Shown: one piece after another, positions 10,480 to 24,600 of the stretch
How the letters are laid out: the number at the start of each line of letters is the position of its first letter
Position numbering within the stretch: position 1 is the stretch's first letter
NCBI RefSeq assembly: GCF_902713615.1
Contig: NC_052149.1
Span: 127,041,256-127,105,255 of the forward strand
Length of the DNA stretch: 64,000 nt
Direction: 5' to 3'
Source: Scyliorhinus canicula
Lineage: Eukaryota
Position numbers and translations under genes: made by a program
Notes under the pieces: model-generated
The model's database searches: none
The model's input: only the letters and a program-made list of their open reading frames with translations
What the model was told of the DNA's origin: nothing

Positions 10480-11057
10480 TCTGCTGGTGAGACCTCCTCT
10501 GAAGAGGGGAGAGGGGCAGAAGGGAGAGGGGGCTAGGTGTCTACGGGCAGCGTCCCAGGGAGCGTCCTGTGGGAGGAGAGGTGCAGGCACAGGATGCGCA
10601 GGGCCAGTAGGGATTGAGGGCTGAAGGGTCTGCAGACGATGCCACTGTCCTGCTGCCAGAATCCACAGGCAGTGATCCAGCTCCCTCAACATTTCTGAGG
10701 TCCCGAGCTGAAGGAGTCTCCCTCCGCCTTTCCCGGGGGACTATGGCCTCCACAGGCTGGATGATTGGGTAAATTATCTCCAAGTGGCTGGCTAGACAGC
10801 CAATGCTATTGGCTCTAATGGGCACAGTCACCCTCAACAATTTAGCTTCCGGATCGGCCCAGGGGTCAGTGGGGGATCTGTGTGGAGTGTCTCAATCACG
10901 TGTCCATAGTTATATCAAGCTGGTCACTGACACTCTCTCCAGATGGGTCAGGACATTCAATCATTTCCGGATGGATGAAGCCAGCCAGGCTGAGATAGCC
11001 AGAGGCTTCACACTGATACCTGGGCTGCAGCACAAGGAGGAGAGAATGGACAGCAAC
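10480..11057 (+). pseudogene. Harbinger transposase 5' half, truncated before the catalytic core
   Basis: VTLNNLASGSAQGSVGDLCGVSQSRVHSYIKLVTDTL...HFRMDEASQAEIARGF matches the HARBI1-type N-terminal region. It then jumps to LQHKEERMD and the minisatellite. Confidence 0.75.
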
Positions 11058-11067
11058 CTCCTTCCAT

Positions 11068-14000
11068 CTGAGATCCATCCCTCCCTCCGAGTGTCCGACC
11101 TTCCTCTCAGATACACACCTCCCTAAGCTCCATCCCTCCCTCTGAGTGTCCGACCTTCCTCTCAGATACACACCTCCCTGAGCTCCATCCCTCTGAGTGT
11201 CCGACCTTCCTTTCAGATTCACACCTCCAGGAGCTCCATCCCTCCCTCTGAGTGTCCGACCTCCCTCTCAGATACACACCTCCCTGAGCTCCATCCCTCC
11301 CTCTGAGTGTCCGACCTTCCTCTCAGATACACACCTCCCTGAGCTCCATCCCTCTGAGTGTCCGACCTTCCTCTCAGATACACACCTCCCTGAGCTCCAT
11401 CCCTCCCTCTGAGTGTCTGACCTTCCTCTCAGATACACACCTCCCTGAGCTCTATCCCTCCCTCTGAGTGTCCGACCTTCCTCTCAGATACACACCTCCC
11501 TGAGCTCCATCCCTCTGAGTGTCCGACCTTCCTCTCAGATACACACCTCCCTGAGCTCCATCCCTCCCTCTGAGTGTCCGACCTTCCTCTCAGATACACA
11601 CCTGCCTGAGCTCCATCCCTCTGAGTGTCCGACCTTCCCCTCAGATACACACCTCCCTGAGCTCCATCCCTCCCTCTGAGTGTCCGACCTTCCTCTCAGA
11701 TACACACCTCCCCGAGCTCCATCCCTCCCTCTGCGTATCCGACCTTCCTCTCAGATACACACCTCCCTGAGCTCCATCCCTCCCTCTGAGTGTCCGACCT
11801 TCCTCTCAGATACACACCTCCCTGAGCTCCATCCCTCTGAGTGTCCGACCTTCCTCTCAGATACACACCTCCCTGAGCTCCATCTCTCTGAGTGTCCGAC
11901 CTTCCTCTCAGATACACACCTCCCTGAGCTCCATCCCTCTGAGTGTCCGACCTTCCTCTCAGATACACACCTCCCTGAGCTCCATCCCTCTGAGTGTCCG
12001 ACCTTCCTCTCAGATACACACCTCCCCGAGCTCCATCCCTCTGAGTGTCCGAACTTCCTCTCAGATACACACCTCCCTGAGCTCCATCCCTCTGAGTGTC
12101 TGACCTTCCTCTCAGATACACACCTCCCTGAGCTCCATCCCTCCCTCTGAGTGTCCGACCTTCCTCTCAGATACACACCTCCCTGAGCTCCATCCCTCCC
12201 TCTGAGTGTCCGACCTTCCTCTCAGATACACACCTCCCTGAGCTCCATCCTTCCCTCTGAGTGTCCAACCTCCCTCTCAGATACACACCTCCCTCTGAGT
12301 GTCCGACCTTCCTCTCAGATACACACCTCCCTGAGCTCCATCCCTCTGAGTGTCCGACCTTCCTCTCAGATACACACCTCCCTGAGCTCCATCCCTCTGA
12401 GTGTCCGACCTTCCTCTCAGATACACACCTCCCTGAGCTCCATCCCTCCCTCTGAGTGTCCGACCTTCCTCTCAGATACACACCTCCCTGAGCTCCATCC
12501 CTCTGAGTGTCCGCCCTTCCTCTCAGATACACACCTCCCTGAGCTCCATCCCTCCCTCTGAGTGTCCGACCTTCCTCTCAGATACACACCTCCCTGAGCT
12601 CCATCCCTCTGAGTGTCCGACCTTCCCCTCAGATACACACCTCCCTGAGCTCCATCCCTCCCTCTGAGTGTCCGACCTTCCTCTCAGATACACACCTCCC
12701 CGAGCTCCATCCCTCCCTCTGAGTATCCGACCTTCCTCTCAGATACACACCTCCCTGAGCTCCATCCCTCCCTCTGAGTGTCCGACCTTCCTCTCAGATA
12801 CACACCTCCCTGAGCTCCATCCCTCTGAGTGTCTGACCTTCCTCTCAGATACACACCTCCCTGAGCTCCATCCCTCTGAGTGTCCGACCTTCCTCTCAGA
12901 TACACACCTCCCTGAGCTCCATCCCTCTGAGTGTCCGACCTTCCTCTCAGATACACACCTCCCTGAGCTCCATCCCTCTGAGTGTCCGACCTTCCTCTCA
13001 GATACACACCTCCCCGAGCTCTATCCCTCTGAGTGTCCGACCTTCCTCTCAGATACACACCTCCCTGAGCTCCATCCCTCTGAGTGTCCGACCTTCCTCT
13101 CAGATACACACCTCCCTGAGCTCCATCCCTCCCTCTGAGTGTCCGACCTTCCTCTCAGATACACACCTCTCTGAGCTCCATCCTTCCCTCTGAGTGTCCA
13201 ACCTCCCTCTCAGATACACACCTCCCTGAGCTCCATCCCTCCCTCTGAGTGTCCGACCATCCTCTCAGATACACACCTCCCTGAGCTCCATCCCTCTGAG
13301 TGTCCGACCTTCCTCTCAGATACACACCTCCCTGAGCTCCATCCATCCCTCTGAGTGTCCGACCATCCTCTCAGATACACACCTCCCTGAGCTCCATCCT
13401 TCCCTCTGAGTGTCCGACCTTCCTCTCAGATACACACCTCCCTGAGCTCCATCCCTCCCTCTGAGTGTCCGACCTTCCTCTCAGATACAAACCTCCCTGA
13501 GCTCCATCCCTCCCTCTGAGTGTCCGACCTTCCTCTCAGATACACACCTCCCTGAGCTCCATCCCTCTGAGTGTCCGACCTTCCTCTCAGATACACACCT
13601 CCCTGAGCTCCATCCCTCCCTCTGAGTGTCCGACCTGCCTCTCAGATATACACCTCCCTGTTCTCCATCCCTCCCTCTGAGTGTCCGACCTTCCTCTCAG
13701 ATACACACCTCCCTGAGCTCCATCCATCCCTCTGAGTGTCCGACCTTCCTCTCAGATACACACCTCCCTGAGCTCCATCCATCCCTCTGAGTGTCCGACC
13801 TTCCCCTCAGATACACACCTCCCTGAGCTCCATCCCTCCCTCTGAGTTTCCGACCTTCCTCTCAGATACACACCTCCCTGAGCTCCATCCTTCCCTCTGA
13901 GTGTCCGACCTTCCTCTCAGATACACACCTCCCTGAGCTCCATCCATCCCTCTGAGTGTCCGACCTTCCTCTCAGATACACACCTCCCTGAGCTCCATCC

Positions 14001-17000
14001 CTCCCTCTTAGTGTCCGACCTTCCTCTCAGATACCCACCTCCCTGAGCTCCATCCCTCCCTCTGAGTGTCCGACCTTCCTCTCAGATACACACCTCCCTG
14101 AGCTCCATCCCTCCCTCTTAGTGTCCGACCTTCCTCTCAGATACCCACCTCCCTGAGCTCCATCCCTCCCTCTGAGTGTCCGACCTTCCTCTCAGATACA
14201 CACCTCCCTGAGCTCCATCCCTCTGAGTGTCCGACCTTCCTCTCAGATACACACCTCCCTGAGCTCCATCCCTCCCTCTGAGTGTCCGACCTTCCTCTCA
14301 GATACACACCTCCCCGAGCTCCATCCCTCCCTCTGCGTATCCGACCTTCCTCTCAGATACACACCTCCCTGAGCTCCATCCCTCCCTCTGAGTGTCCGAC
14401 CTTCCTCTCAGATACACACCTCCCTGAGCTCCATCCCTCTGAGTGTCCGACCTTCCTCTCAGATACACACCTCCCTGAGCTCCATCTCTCTGAGTGTCCG
14501 ACCTTCCTCTCAGATACACACCTCCCTGAGCTCCATCCCTCTGAGTGTCCGACCTTCCTCTCAGATACACACCTCCCTGAGCTCCATCCCTCTGAGTGTC
14601 CGACCTTCCTCTCAGATACACACCTCCCCGAGCTCCATCCCTCTGAGTGTCCGACCTTCCTCTCAGATACACACCTCCCTGAGCTCCATCCCTCTGAGTG
14701 TCTGACCTTCCTCTCAGATACACACCTCCCTGAGCTCCATCCCTCCCTCTGAGTGTCCGACCTTCCTCTCAGATACACACCTCCCTGAGCTCCATCCCTC
14801 CCTCTGAGTGTCCGACCTTCCTCTCAGATACACACCTCCCTGAGCTCCATCCTTCCCTCTGAGTGTCCAACCTCCCTCTCAGATACACACCTCCCTCTGA
14901 GTGTCCGACCTTCCTCTCAGATACACACCTCCCTGAGCTCCATCCCTCTGAGTGTCCGACCTTCCTCTCAGATACACACCTCCCTGAGCTCCATCCCTCC
15001 CTCTGAGTGTCCGACCTTCCTCTCAGATACACACCTCCCTGAGCTCCATCCCTCCCTCTGAGTGTCCGACCTTCCTCTCAGATACACACCTCCCTGAGCT
15101 CCATCCCTCTGAGTGTCCGACCTTCCTCTCAGATACACACCTCCCTGAGCTCCATCCCTCCCTCTGAGTGTCCGACCTTCCTCTCAGATACACACCTCCC
15201 CGAGCTCCATCCCTCCCTCTGAGTATCCGACCTTCCTCTCAGATACACACCTCCCTGAGCTCCATCCCTCCCTCTGAGTGTCCGACCTTCCTCTCAGATA
15301 CACACCTCCCTGAGCTCCATCCCTCTGAGTGTCCGACCTTCCTCTCAGATACACACCTCCCTGAGCTCCATCCCTCTGAGTGTCCGACCTTCCTCTCAGA
15401 TACACACCTCCCTGAGCTCCATCCCTCTGAGTGTCCGACCTTCCTCTCAAATACACACCTCCCTGAGCTCCATCCCTCTGAGTGTCCGACCTTCCTCTCA
15501 GATACACACCTCCCCGAGCTCCATCCCTCTGAGTGTCCGACCTTCCTCTCAGATACACACCTCCCTGAGCTCCATCCCTCTGAGTGTCTGACCTTCCTCT
15601 CAGATACACACCTCCCTGAGCTCCATCCCTCCCTCTGAGTGTCCGACCTTCCTCTCAGATACACACCTCCCTGAGCTCCATCCCTCCCTCTGAGTGTCCG
15701 ACCTTCCTCTCAGATACACACCTCTCTGAGCTCCATCCTTCCCTCTGAGTGTCCAACCTCCCTCTCAGATACACACCTCCCTGAGCTCCATCCCTCCCTC
15801 TGAGTGTCCGACCATCCTCTCAGATACACACCTCCCTGAGCTCCATCCCTCTGAGTGTCCGACCTTCCTCTCAGATACACACCTCCCTGAGCTCCATCCA
15901 TCCCTCTGAGTGTCCGACCATCCTCTCAGATACACACCTCCCTGAGCTCCATCCTTCCCTCTGAGTGTCCGACCTTCCTCTCAGATACACACCTCCCTGA
16001 GCTCCATCCCTCCCTCTGAGTGTCCGACCTTCCTCTCAGATACACACCTCCCTGAGCTCCATCCCTCCCTCTGAGTGTCCGACCTTCCTCTCAGATATAC
16101 ACCTCCCTGTTCTCCATCCCTCCCTCTGAGTGTCCGACCTTCCTCTCAGATACACACCTCCCTGAGCTCCATCCATCCCTCTGAGTGTCCGACCTTCCTC
16201 TCAGATACACACCTCCCTGAGCTCCATCCCTCCCTCTGAGTGTCCGACCTTCCCCTCAGATACACACCTCCCTGAGCTCCATCCCTCCCTCTGAGTGTCC
16301 GACCTTCCTCTCAGATACGCACCTCCCTGAGCTCCATCCTTCCCTCTGAGTGTCCGACCTTCCTCTCAGATACACACCTCCCTGAGCTCCATCCATCCCT
16401 CTGAGTGTCCGACCTTCCTCTCAGATACACACCTCCCTGAGCTCCATCCCTCCCTCTTAGTGTCCGACCTTCCTCTCAGATACCCACCTCCCTGAGCTCC
16501 ATCCCTCCCTCTGAGTGTCGAACCTTCCTCTCAGATACACACCTCCCTGAGCTCCATCCCTCCCTCTTAGTGTCCGACCTTCCTCTCAGATACCCACCTC
16601 CCTGAGCTCCATCCCTCCCTCTGAGTGTCCGACCTTCCTCTCAGATACACACCTCCCTGAGCTCCATCCATCCCTCTGAGTGTCCGACCTTCCTCTCAGA
16701 TACACACCTCTCTGAGCTCCATCCCTCTGAGTGTCCGACCTTCCTCTCAGATACACACCTCCCTGAGCTCCATCCATCCCTCTGAGTGTCCGACCTTCCT
16801 CTCAGATACACACCTCCCTGTGCTCCATCCCTCCCTCTGAGTGTCCGACCTTCCCCTCAGATACACACCTCCCTGAGCTCCATCCATCCCTCTGAGTGTC
16901 CGACATTTCTCTCAGATACACACCTCCCTGAGCTCCATCCCTCTGAGTGTCCGACCTTCCTCTCAGATACACACCCCCCTGTGCTCCATCCCTCCCTCTG

Positions 17001-20000
17001 AGTGTCCGACCTTCCCCTCAGATACACACCTCCCTGAGCTCCATTCCTCCCTCTGAGTGTCCGACCTTCCTCTCAGATGCACACCTCCCTGAGCTCCATC
17101 CCTCTGAGTGTCCGACCTTCCTCTCAGATACACACCTCCCTGAGCTCCAGCCTTCCCTCTGAGTGTCTGACCTTCCTCTCAGATACACACCCCCCTGAGC
17201 TCCATTCCTACCTCCGTGTGTCCGACCTTCCTCTCAGATACACACCACCCTGAGCTCCATCCCTCTGAGTGCCCGACCTTCCTCTCAGATACACACCTCC
17301 CTGAGCTCCATCCCTCCCTCTGAGTGTCCGGCCTTCCTCTCAGATACACACCTCCCCGAGCTCCATCCCTCTGAGTGTCCGACCTTCCTCTCAGATACAC
17401 ACCTCCCTGAGCTCCATCCCTCTGAGTGTCTGACCTTCCTCTCAGATACACACCTCCCTGAGCTCCATCCCTCCCTCTGAGTGTCCGACCTTCCTCTCAG
17501 ATACACACCTCCCTGAGATCCATCCCTCCCTCTGAGTGTCCGACCTTCCTCTCAGATACACACCTCTCTGAGCTCCATCCTTCCCTCTGAGTGTCCAACC
17601 TCCCTCTCAGATACACACCTCCCTGAGCTCCATCCCTCCCTCTGAGTGTCCGACCATCCTCTCAGATACACACCTCCCTGAGCTCCATCCCTCTGAGTGT
17701 CCGACCTTCCTCTCAGATACACACCTCCCTGAGCTCCATCCATCCCTCTGAGTGTCCGACCATCCTCTCAGATACACACCTCCCTGAGCTCCATCCTTCC
17801 CTCTGAGTGTCCGACCTTCCTCTCAGATACACACCTCCCTGAGCTCCATCCCTCCCTCTGAGTGTCCGACCTTCCTCTCAGATACAAACCTCCCTGAGCT
17901 CCATCCCTCCCTCTGAGTGTCCGACCTTCCTCTCAGATACACACCTCCCTGAGCTCCATCCCTCTGAGTGTCCGACCTTCCTCTCAGATACACACCTCCC
18001 TGAGCTCCATCCCTCCCTCTGAGTGTCCGACCTTCCTCTCAGATATACACCTCCCTGTTCTCCATCCCTCCCTCTGAGTGTCCGACCTTCCTCTCAGATA
18101 CACACCTCCCTGAGCTCCATCCATCCCTCTGAGTGTCCGACCTTCCTCTCAGATACACACCTCCCTGAGCTCCATCCCTCCCTCTGAGTGTCCGACCTTC
18201 CCCTCAGATACACACCTCCCTGAGCTCCATCCCTCCCTCTGAGTGTCCGACCTTCCTCTCAGATACACACCTCCCTGAGCTCCATCCTTCCCTCTGAGTG
18301 TCCAACCTTCCTCTCAGATACACACCTCCCTGAGCTCCATCCATCCCTCTGAGTGTCCGACCTTCCTCTCAGATACACACCTCCCTGAGCTCCATCCCTC
18401 CCTCTTAGTGTCCGACCTTCCTCTCAGATACCCACCTCCCTGAGCTCCATCCCTCCCTCTGAGTGTCCGACCTTCCTCTCAGATACACACCTCCCTGAGC
18501 TCCATCCCTCCCTCTTAGTGTCCGACCTTCCTCTCAGATACCCACCTCCCTGAGCTCCATCCATCCCTCTGAGTGTCCGACCTTCCTCTCAGATACACAC
18601 CTCCCTGAGCTCCATCCCTCCCTCTGAGTGTCCGACCTTCCTCTCAGATACACACCTCCCTGAGCTCCATCCCTCTGAGTGTCCGACCTTCCTCTCAGAT
18701 ACACACCTCCCTGAGCTCCATCCATCCCTCTGAGTGTCTGACCTTCCTCTCAGATACACACCTCCCTGAGCTCCATCCCTCCCTCTGAGTGTCCGACCTT
18801 CCTCTCAGATACACACCTCCCTGAGCTCCATCCCTCCCTCTGAGTGTCCGACCTTCCTCTCAGATACACACCTCTCTGAGCTCCATCCTTCCCTCTGAGT
18901 GTCCAACCTCCCTCTCAGATACACACCTCCCTGAGCTCCATCCCTCCCTCTGAGTGTCCGACCATCCTCTCAGATACACACCTCCCTGAGCTCCATCCCT
19001 CTGAGTGTCCGACCTTCCTCTCAGATACACACCTCCCTGAGGTCCATCCATCCCTCTGAGTGTCCGACCATCCTCTCAGATACACACCTCCCTGAGCTCC
19101 ATCCTTCCCTCTGAGTGTCCGACCTTCCTCTCAGATACACACCTCCCTGAGCTCCATCCCTCCCTCTGAGTGTCCGACCTTCCTCTCAGATACAAACCTC
19201 CCTGAGCTCCATCCCTCCCTCTGAGTGTCCGACCTTCCTCTCAGATACACACCTCCCTGAGCTCCATCCCTCTGAGTGTCCGACCTTCCTCTCAGATACA
19301 CACCTCCCTGTTCTCCATCCCTCCCTCTGAGTGTCCGACCTTCCTCTCAGATACACACCTCCCTGAGCTCCATCCATCCCTCTGAGTGTCCGACCTTCCT
19401 CTCAGATACACACCTCCCTGAGCTCCATCCCTCCCTCTGAGTGTCCGACCTTCCCCTCAGATACACACCTCCCTGAGCTCCATCCCTCCCTCTGAGTGTC
19501 CGACCTTCCTCTCAGATACACACCTCCCTGAGCTCCATCCTTCCCTCTGAGTGTCCGACCTTCCTCTCAGATACACACCTCCCTGAGCTCCATCCATCCC
19601 TCTGAGTGTCCGACCTTCCTCTCAGATACACACCTCCCTGAGCTCCATCCCTCCCTCTTAGTGTCCGACCGTCCTCTCAGATACCCACCTCCCTGAGCTC
19701 CATCCCTCCCTCTGAGTGTCCGACCTTCCTCTCAGATACACACCTCCCTGAGCTCCATCCCTCCCTCTTAGTGTCCGACCTTCCTCTCAGATACCCACCT
19801 CCCTGAGCTCCATCCCTCCCTCTGAGTGTCCGACCTTCCTCTCAGATACACACCTCCCTGAGCTCCATCCATCCCTCTGAGTGTCCGACCTTCCTCTCAG
19901 ATACACACCTCCCTGAGCTCCATCCCTCTGAGTGTCCGACCTTCCTCTCAGATACACACCTCCCTGAGCTCCATCCATCCCTCTGAGTGTCCGACCTTCC

Positions 20001-20957
20001 TCTCAGATACACACCTCCCTGAGCTCCATCCCTCCCTCTTAGTGTCCGACCTTCCTCTCAGATACCCACCTCCCTGAGCTCCATCCCTCCCTCTGAGTGT
20101 CCGACCTTCCTCTCAGATACACACCTCCCTGAGCTCCATCCCTCCCTCTGAGTGTCCGACCTTCCTCTCAGATACACACCTCCCTGAGCTCCATCCATCC
20201 CTCTGAGTGTCCGACCTTCCTCTCAGATACACACCTCCCTGAGCTCCATCCCTCTGAGTGTCCGACCTTCCTCTCAGATACACACCTCCCTGAGCTCCAT
20301 CCATCCCTCTGACTGTCCGACCTTCCTCTCAGATACACACCTCCCTGTGCTCAATCCCTCCCTCTGAGTGTCCGACCTTCCCCTCAGATACACACCTCCC
20401 TGAGCTCCATCCATCCCTCTGAGTGTCCGACATTTCTCTCAGATACACACCTCCCTGAGCTCCATCCCTCTGAGTGTCCGACCTTCCTCTCAGATACACA
20501 CCTCCCTGTGCTCCATCCCTCCCTCTGAGTGTCCGACCTTCCCCTCAGATACACACCTCCCTGAGCTCCATCCCTCCCTCTGAGTGTCCGACCTTCCTCT
20601 CAGATGCACACCTCCCTGAGCTCCATCCCTCTGAGTGTCCGACCTTCCTCTCAGATACACACCTCCCTGAGCTCCAGCCTTCCCTCTGAGTGTCTGACCT
20701 TCCTCTCAGATACACACCCCCCTGAGCTCCATTCCTACCTCCGAGTGTCCGACCTTCCTCTCAGATACACACCACCCTGAGCTCCATCCCTCTGAGTGTC
20801 CGACCTTCCTCTCAGATACACACCTCCCTGAGCTCCATCCCCCCCTCTGAGTGTCTGACCTTCCTCTCAGATACACACCTCCCAGAGCTCCATCCCTCTG
20901 AGTGTCCGAACTTCCTCTCAAATACACAGCTCCCTGAGCTCCATCCTTCCCTCTGAG
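11068..20957. repeat. ~9.9-kb minisatellite of 55-bp and 51-bp units (tctgagtgtccgaccttcctctcagatacacacctccctgagctccatccc[tccc]), roughly 185 copies
   Basis: Read directly. The 55-bp unit has 25 C versus 7 G on the + strand and one GAGCTC per unit. All ORFs here are repeat artefacts. Confidence 0.97.
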
Positions 20958-20958
20958 G

Positions 20959-21312
20959 GTCCAGTCTGTGTACACAGGTACATCACACTTCACAATCCAG
21001 TCTGTGTACACAGGTACATCACACTTCACAATCCAGTCTGTGTACACAGGTACTTCACATTTCACAACCCAGTATGTGTGCACAGGTACTTCACATTTCA
21101 CAACCCAGTATGTGTACACAGGTACATCACACTTCACAATCCAGTCCGTATACACAGGTACTCACTCTTCACAATCCAGTCTGTGTACACAGGTACATCA
21201 CACTTCACAATCCAGTCTGTGTATACAGGTACATCACACTTCACAATCCAGTCCGTATACACAGGTACATCACTCTTCACAATCCAGTCTGTGTACACAG
21301 GTACATCACATT
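20959..21312. repeat. 36-bp minisatellite (tccagtctgtgtacacaggtacatcacacttcacaa), ~10 copies
   Basis: Directly abuts the 55-bp array. The 12-aa periodicity of the ORFs confirms the 36-bp unit. Confidence 0.93.
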
Positions 21313-21651
21313 TTATAATCTGGCTGGCTTGTAATGCAGAACAAAGCCATCGGCGCGTGTGCAATTCCCGTACTGACCTCCCCTAACAGGCGCTGGAATG
21401 TGAGGACGAGTGATTTTTCACACTAACTTCATTGCAGCCCAAGGGGAAGAGGCAGCAGACAAGCAGAAAAGGCATCAGTAAACAGCAAACAAACTGTCAG
21501 TTACAGCTGCCTCCAGGCATCTATATGTCACCAGCAGGAGCAAGCAACAATCTGCAGCTGGGAAATGCTCTCACAACTAACAAGACCAATTCTTTATTAT
21601 CAATAGCATTCAGCTGTGCAACCAGACGCTGCTCACAGCCAAAGGGAGTTA

Positions 21652-24600
21652 AGAACATAAGAACTAGGAGCAGGAGTAGGCCATCTGGCCCCTCGAGCCT
21701 GCTCCACCATTCAATGAGATCATGGCTGATCTTTTGTGGACTCAGCTCCACTTTTCGGCCCGAACACCATAACCCTTAATCCCTTTATTCTTCAAAAAAC
21801 TATCTGTCTTTATCTTTAAAACATTTAATGAAGGAGCCTCTACTGCTTCACTGGGCAAGGAATTCCATAGATTCACAACCCTTTGGGTGAAGAAGTTCCT
21901 CCTAAACTCAGTCCTAAATCTACTTCCCCTTATTTTGAGGCTATGCCCCCTAGTTCTGCTTTCACCCGCCAGTGGAAACAACCTGCCCGCATCTATCCTA
22001 TCTATTCCCTTCATAATTTTATATGTTTCTATAAGATTCCCCCTCAACCTTCTAAATTCCAACGAGTACAGTTCCTAGTCTACTTAACCTCTCCTCATAA
22101 TCCAACCCCTTCAGCTCCGGGATTAACCTAGTGAATCTCCTCTGCACACCCTCCAGCGCCAGTACGTCCTTTCTCAAGGAAGGAGACCAAAACTGAACAC
22201 AATACTCCAGGTGTGGCCTCACTAACACCTTGTACAATTGCAGCATAACCTTCCTTGTCTTGAACTCCATCCCTCTAGCAATGAAGGACAACATTCCATT
22301 TTCCTTCTGAATCACCTGTTGCACCTGTAAACGAACTTTTTGCGACTCATGCACTAGCACACCCAGGTCTCTCTGCACAGCGGCATGTTTTAATATTTTA
22401 TCATTTAAATAATAATCCCTTTTGCTGTTATTCCTACCAAAATGAATAACCTCACATTTGTCAACATTGTATTCCATCTGCCAGACCCTAGCCCATTCAC
22501 TTAACCTATCCAAATCCCTCTGCAGACTTCCAGTATCCTCTGCACTTTTTGCTTTACCACTTATCTTAGTGTCGTCTGCAAACTTGGACACATTGCCCTT
22601 GGTCCCCAACTCCAAATCATCTATGTAAATTGTGAACAATTGTGGGCCCAACACTGATCCCTGAGGGACACCACTAGCTACTGATTGCCAACCAGAGAAA
22701 TACCCATTAATCCCCACTCTTTGCTTTCTATTATTTAACCAATCCTCTATCCATGCTACTACTTTACCCTTAATGCCATGCATCTTTATCTTATGCAGCA
22801 ACCTTTTGTGTGGCACCTTTTCAAAGGCTTTCTGGAAATCCAGATATACCACATCCATTGGCTCCCTGTTATCTACCGCTCTGGTAATGTCCTCAAAAAA
22901 TTCCACTAAATTAGTTAGGCATGACCTGCCTTTTACGAACCCATGCTGCGTCTGCCCAATGGGACAATTTCTATCCAGATGCCTCGCTATTTCTTCCTTG
23001 ATCATAGATTCCAGCATCTTCCCTACTACCGAAGTTAAGCTCACTGGCCTATAATTATCCACTTTCTGCCTACCTACTTTTTAAAAAAGTAGTGTCACGT
23101 TTGCTAATTTCCAATCCACCGGGACCACCCCAGAGTCTAGTGAATTTTGGTAAATTATCACTAGTACATTTGCAATTTCCCTAGCCATCTCTTTTAGTAC
23201 CCTGATATGCATTCCATCAGGGCAAGGAGACTTGTCTACCTTTAGCCCCATTAGCTTGCCCATCACTACCTCCTTAGTGATAACAATCATCTCAAGGTCC
23301 TCACCTGTCATAGCCTCATTTCTATCAGTCATTGGCATGTTATTTATGTCTTCCACTGTGAAGACCGACCCAAAAAACCTGTTCAGTTCCTCAGCCATTT
23401 CCTCATCTCCCATTATTAAATCTCCCTCCTCATCCTCTAATATTTACCTTAGCCACTCTTGGTTGATATATATATATTTGTAGAAACTTTTACTATCTGT
23501 TTTTATATTTGAGCAAGTTTACTCTCATACTCTATCTTACTCTTCTTTATAGCTTTTTTAGTAGCTTTCTGTTGCCCCCTAAAGATTTCCCAGTCCTCTA
23601 GTCTCCCACTAATCTTTGCCACTTTGTATGCTATTTCCTTCATTTTGACACTGTCCCTTATTTTCTTAGATATCCACGGTCGATTTTCCCTCTTTCTACC
23701 GTCCTTCCTTTTTGTTGGTATAAAACCATTGCTGAGCACTGTGAAAAATCGCTTGGAAGGTTCTCCACTGTTCCTCAACTGTTTCACCATAAAGTCTTTG
23801 CTCCCAGTCTACCTTAGCTAGTTCTTCTCTCATCCCATTGTAATCTCCTTTGTTTAAGCACAAAATACTAGTGTTTGATTTTACCTTATCACCCTCCATC
23901 TGTATTTTAAATTCCACCATATTGTGATTGCTCCTTCCGAGATGATCCCTAACTATGAGATCATGAATCAATCTTGTCTCGTGACACAGGACCAGATCTA
24001 GGACCGCTTGTTCCCTTCTAGGTTCCATTACATACTGTTCTAGGAAACTATCGCGGATACATTCTATAAACTCCTCCTCAAGGCTGCCTTGACCGACCTG
24101 GTTAAACCAATCGACATGTAGATTAAAATCCCCCATGATAACTGCTGTACCATTTCTACATGCATCAGTTATTTCTTTGTTTATTGCCTGCCCCACCATA
24201 ATGTTACTATTTGGTGGCCTATAGACTACTCCTATCAGTGACTTTTTCGCCTTACTAATCCTGATTTCCACCCAAATGGATTCAACCTTATCCTCCATAG
24301 CACCGATGTCATCCCTTACCATTGCCCGGATGTCATCCTTAAATAACAGAGCAACACCACCTCCCTTACTATCCACTCTGTCCTTCCGATTAGTTTGATA
24401 CCCTTGGATATTTAACTCCCAGTCATGACCATCCTTTAACCATGTTTCAGTAATGGCCACTAAATCGTAGTCATTCACGATGATTTGTGCCATCAACTCA
24501 TTTACCTTATTCTGAATACTACGAGCATTCAGGTAAAGTACACTTATGTTGGCTTTTTTACCTCTGTTTTGAATCTTAACACCTTGATCAGTAACCTCTC

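Noticed and set aside
11068-20957. CRISPR-like array
   Set aside because: Head-to-tail units with no unique spacers, no cas genes, and vertebrate context.
11068-20957. CCTCCCT as a PRDM9 hotspot motif
   Set aside because: That motif is specific to particular human alleles and cannot be transferred to a shark.
11068-21390. Dozens of ORFs with periodic peptides (SECPTFLSDTHLPELHP, YTDWIVKCDVPV), also at 59.5-62 kb
   Set aside because: They arise because the 51- and 36-bp units are multiples of 3; 55-bp units break them, and there are no splice or domain signals.
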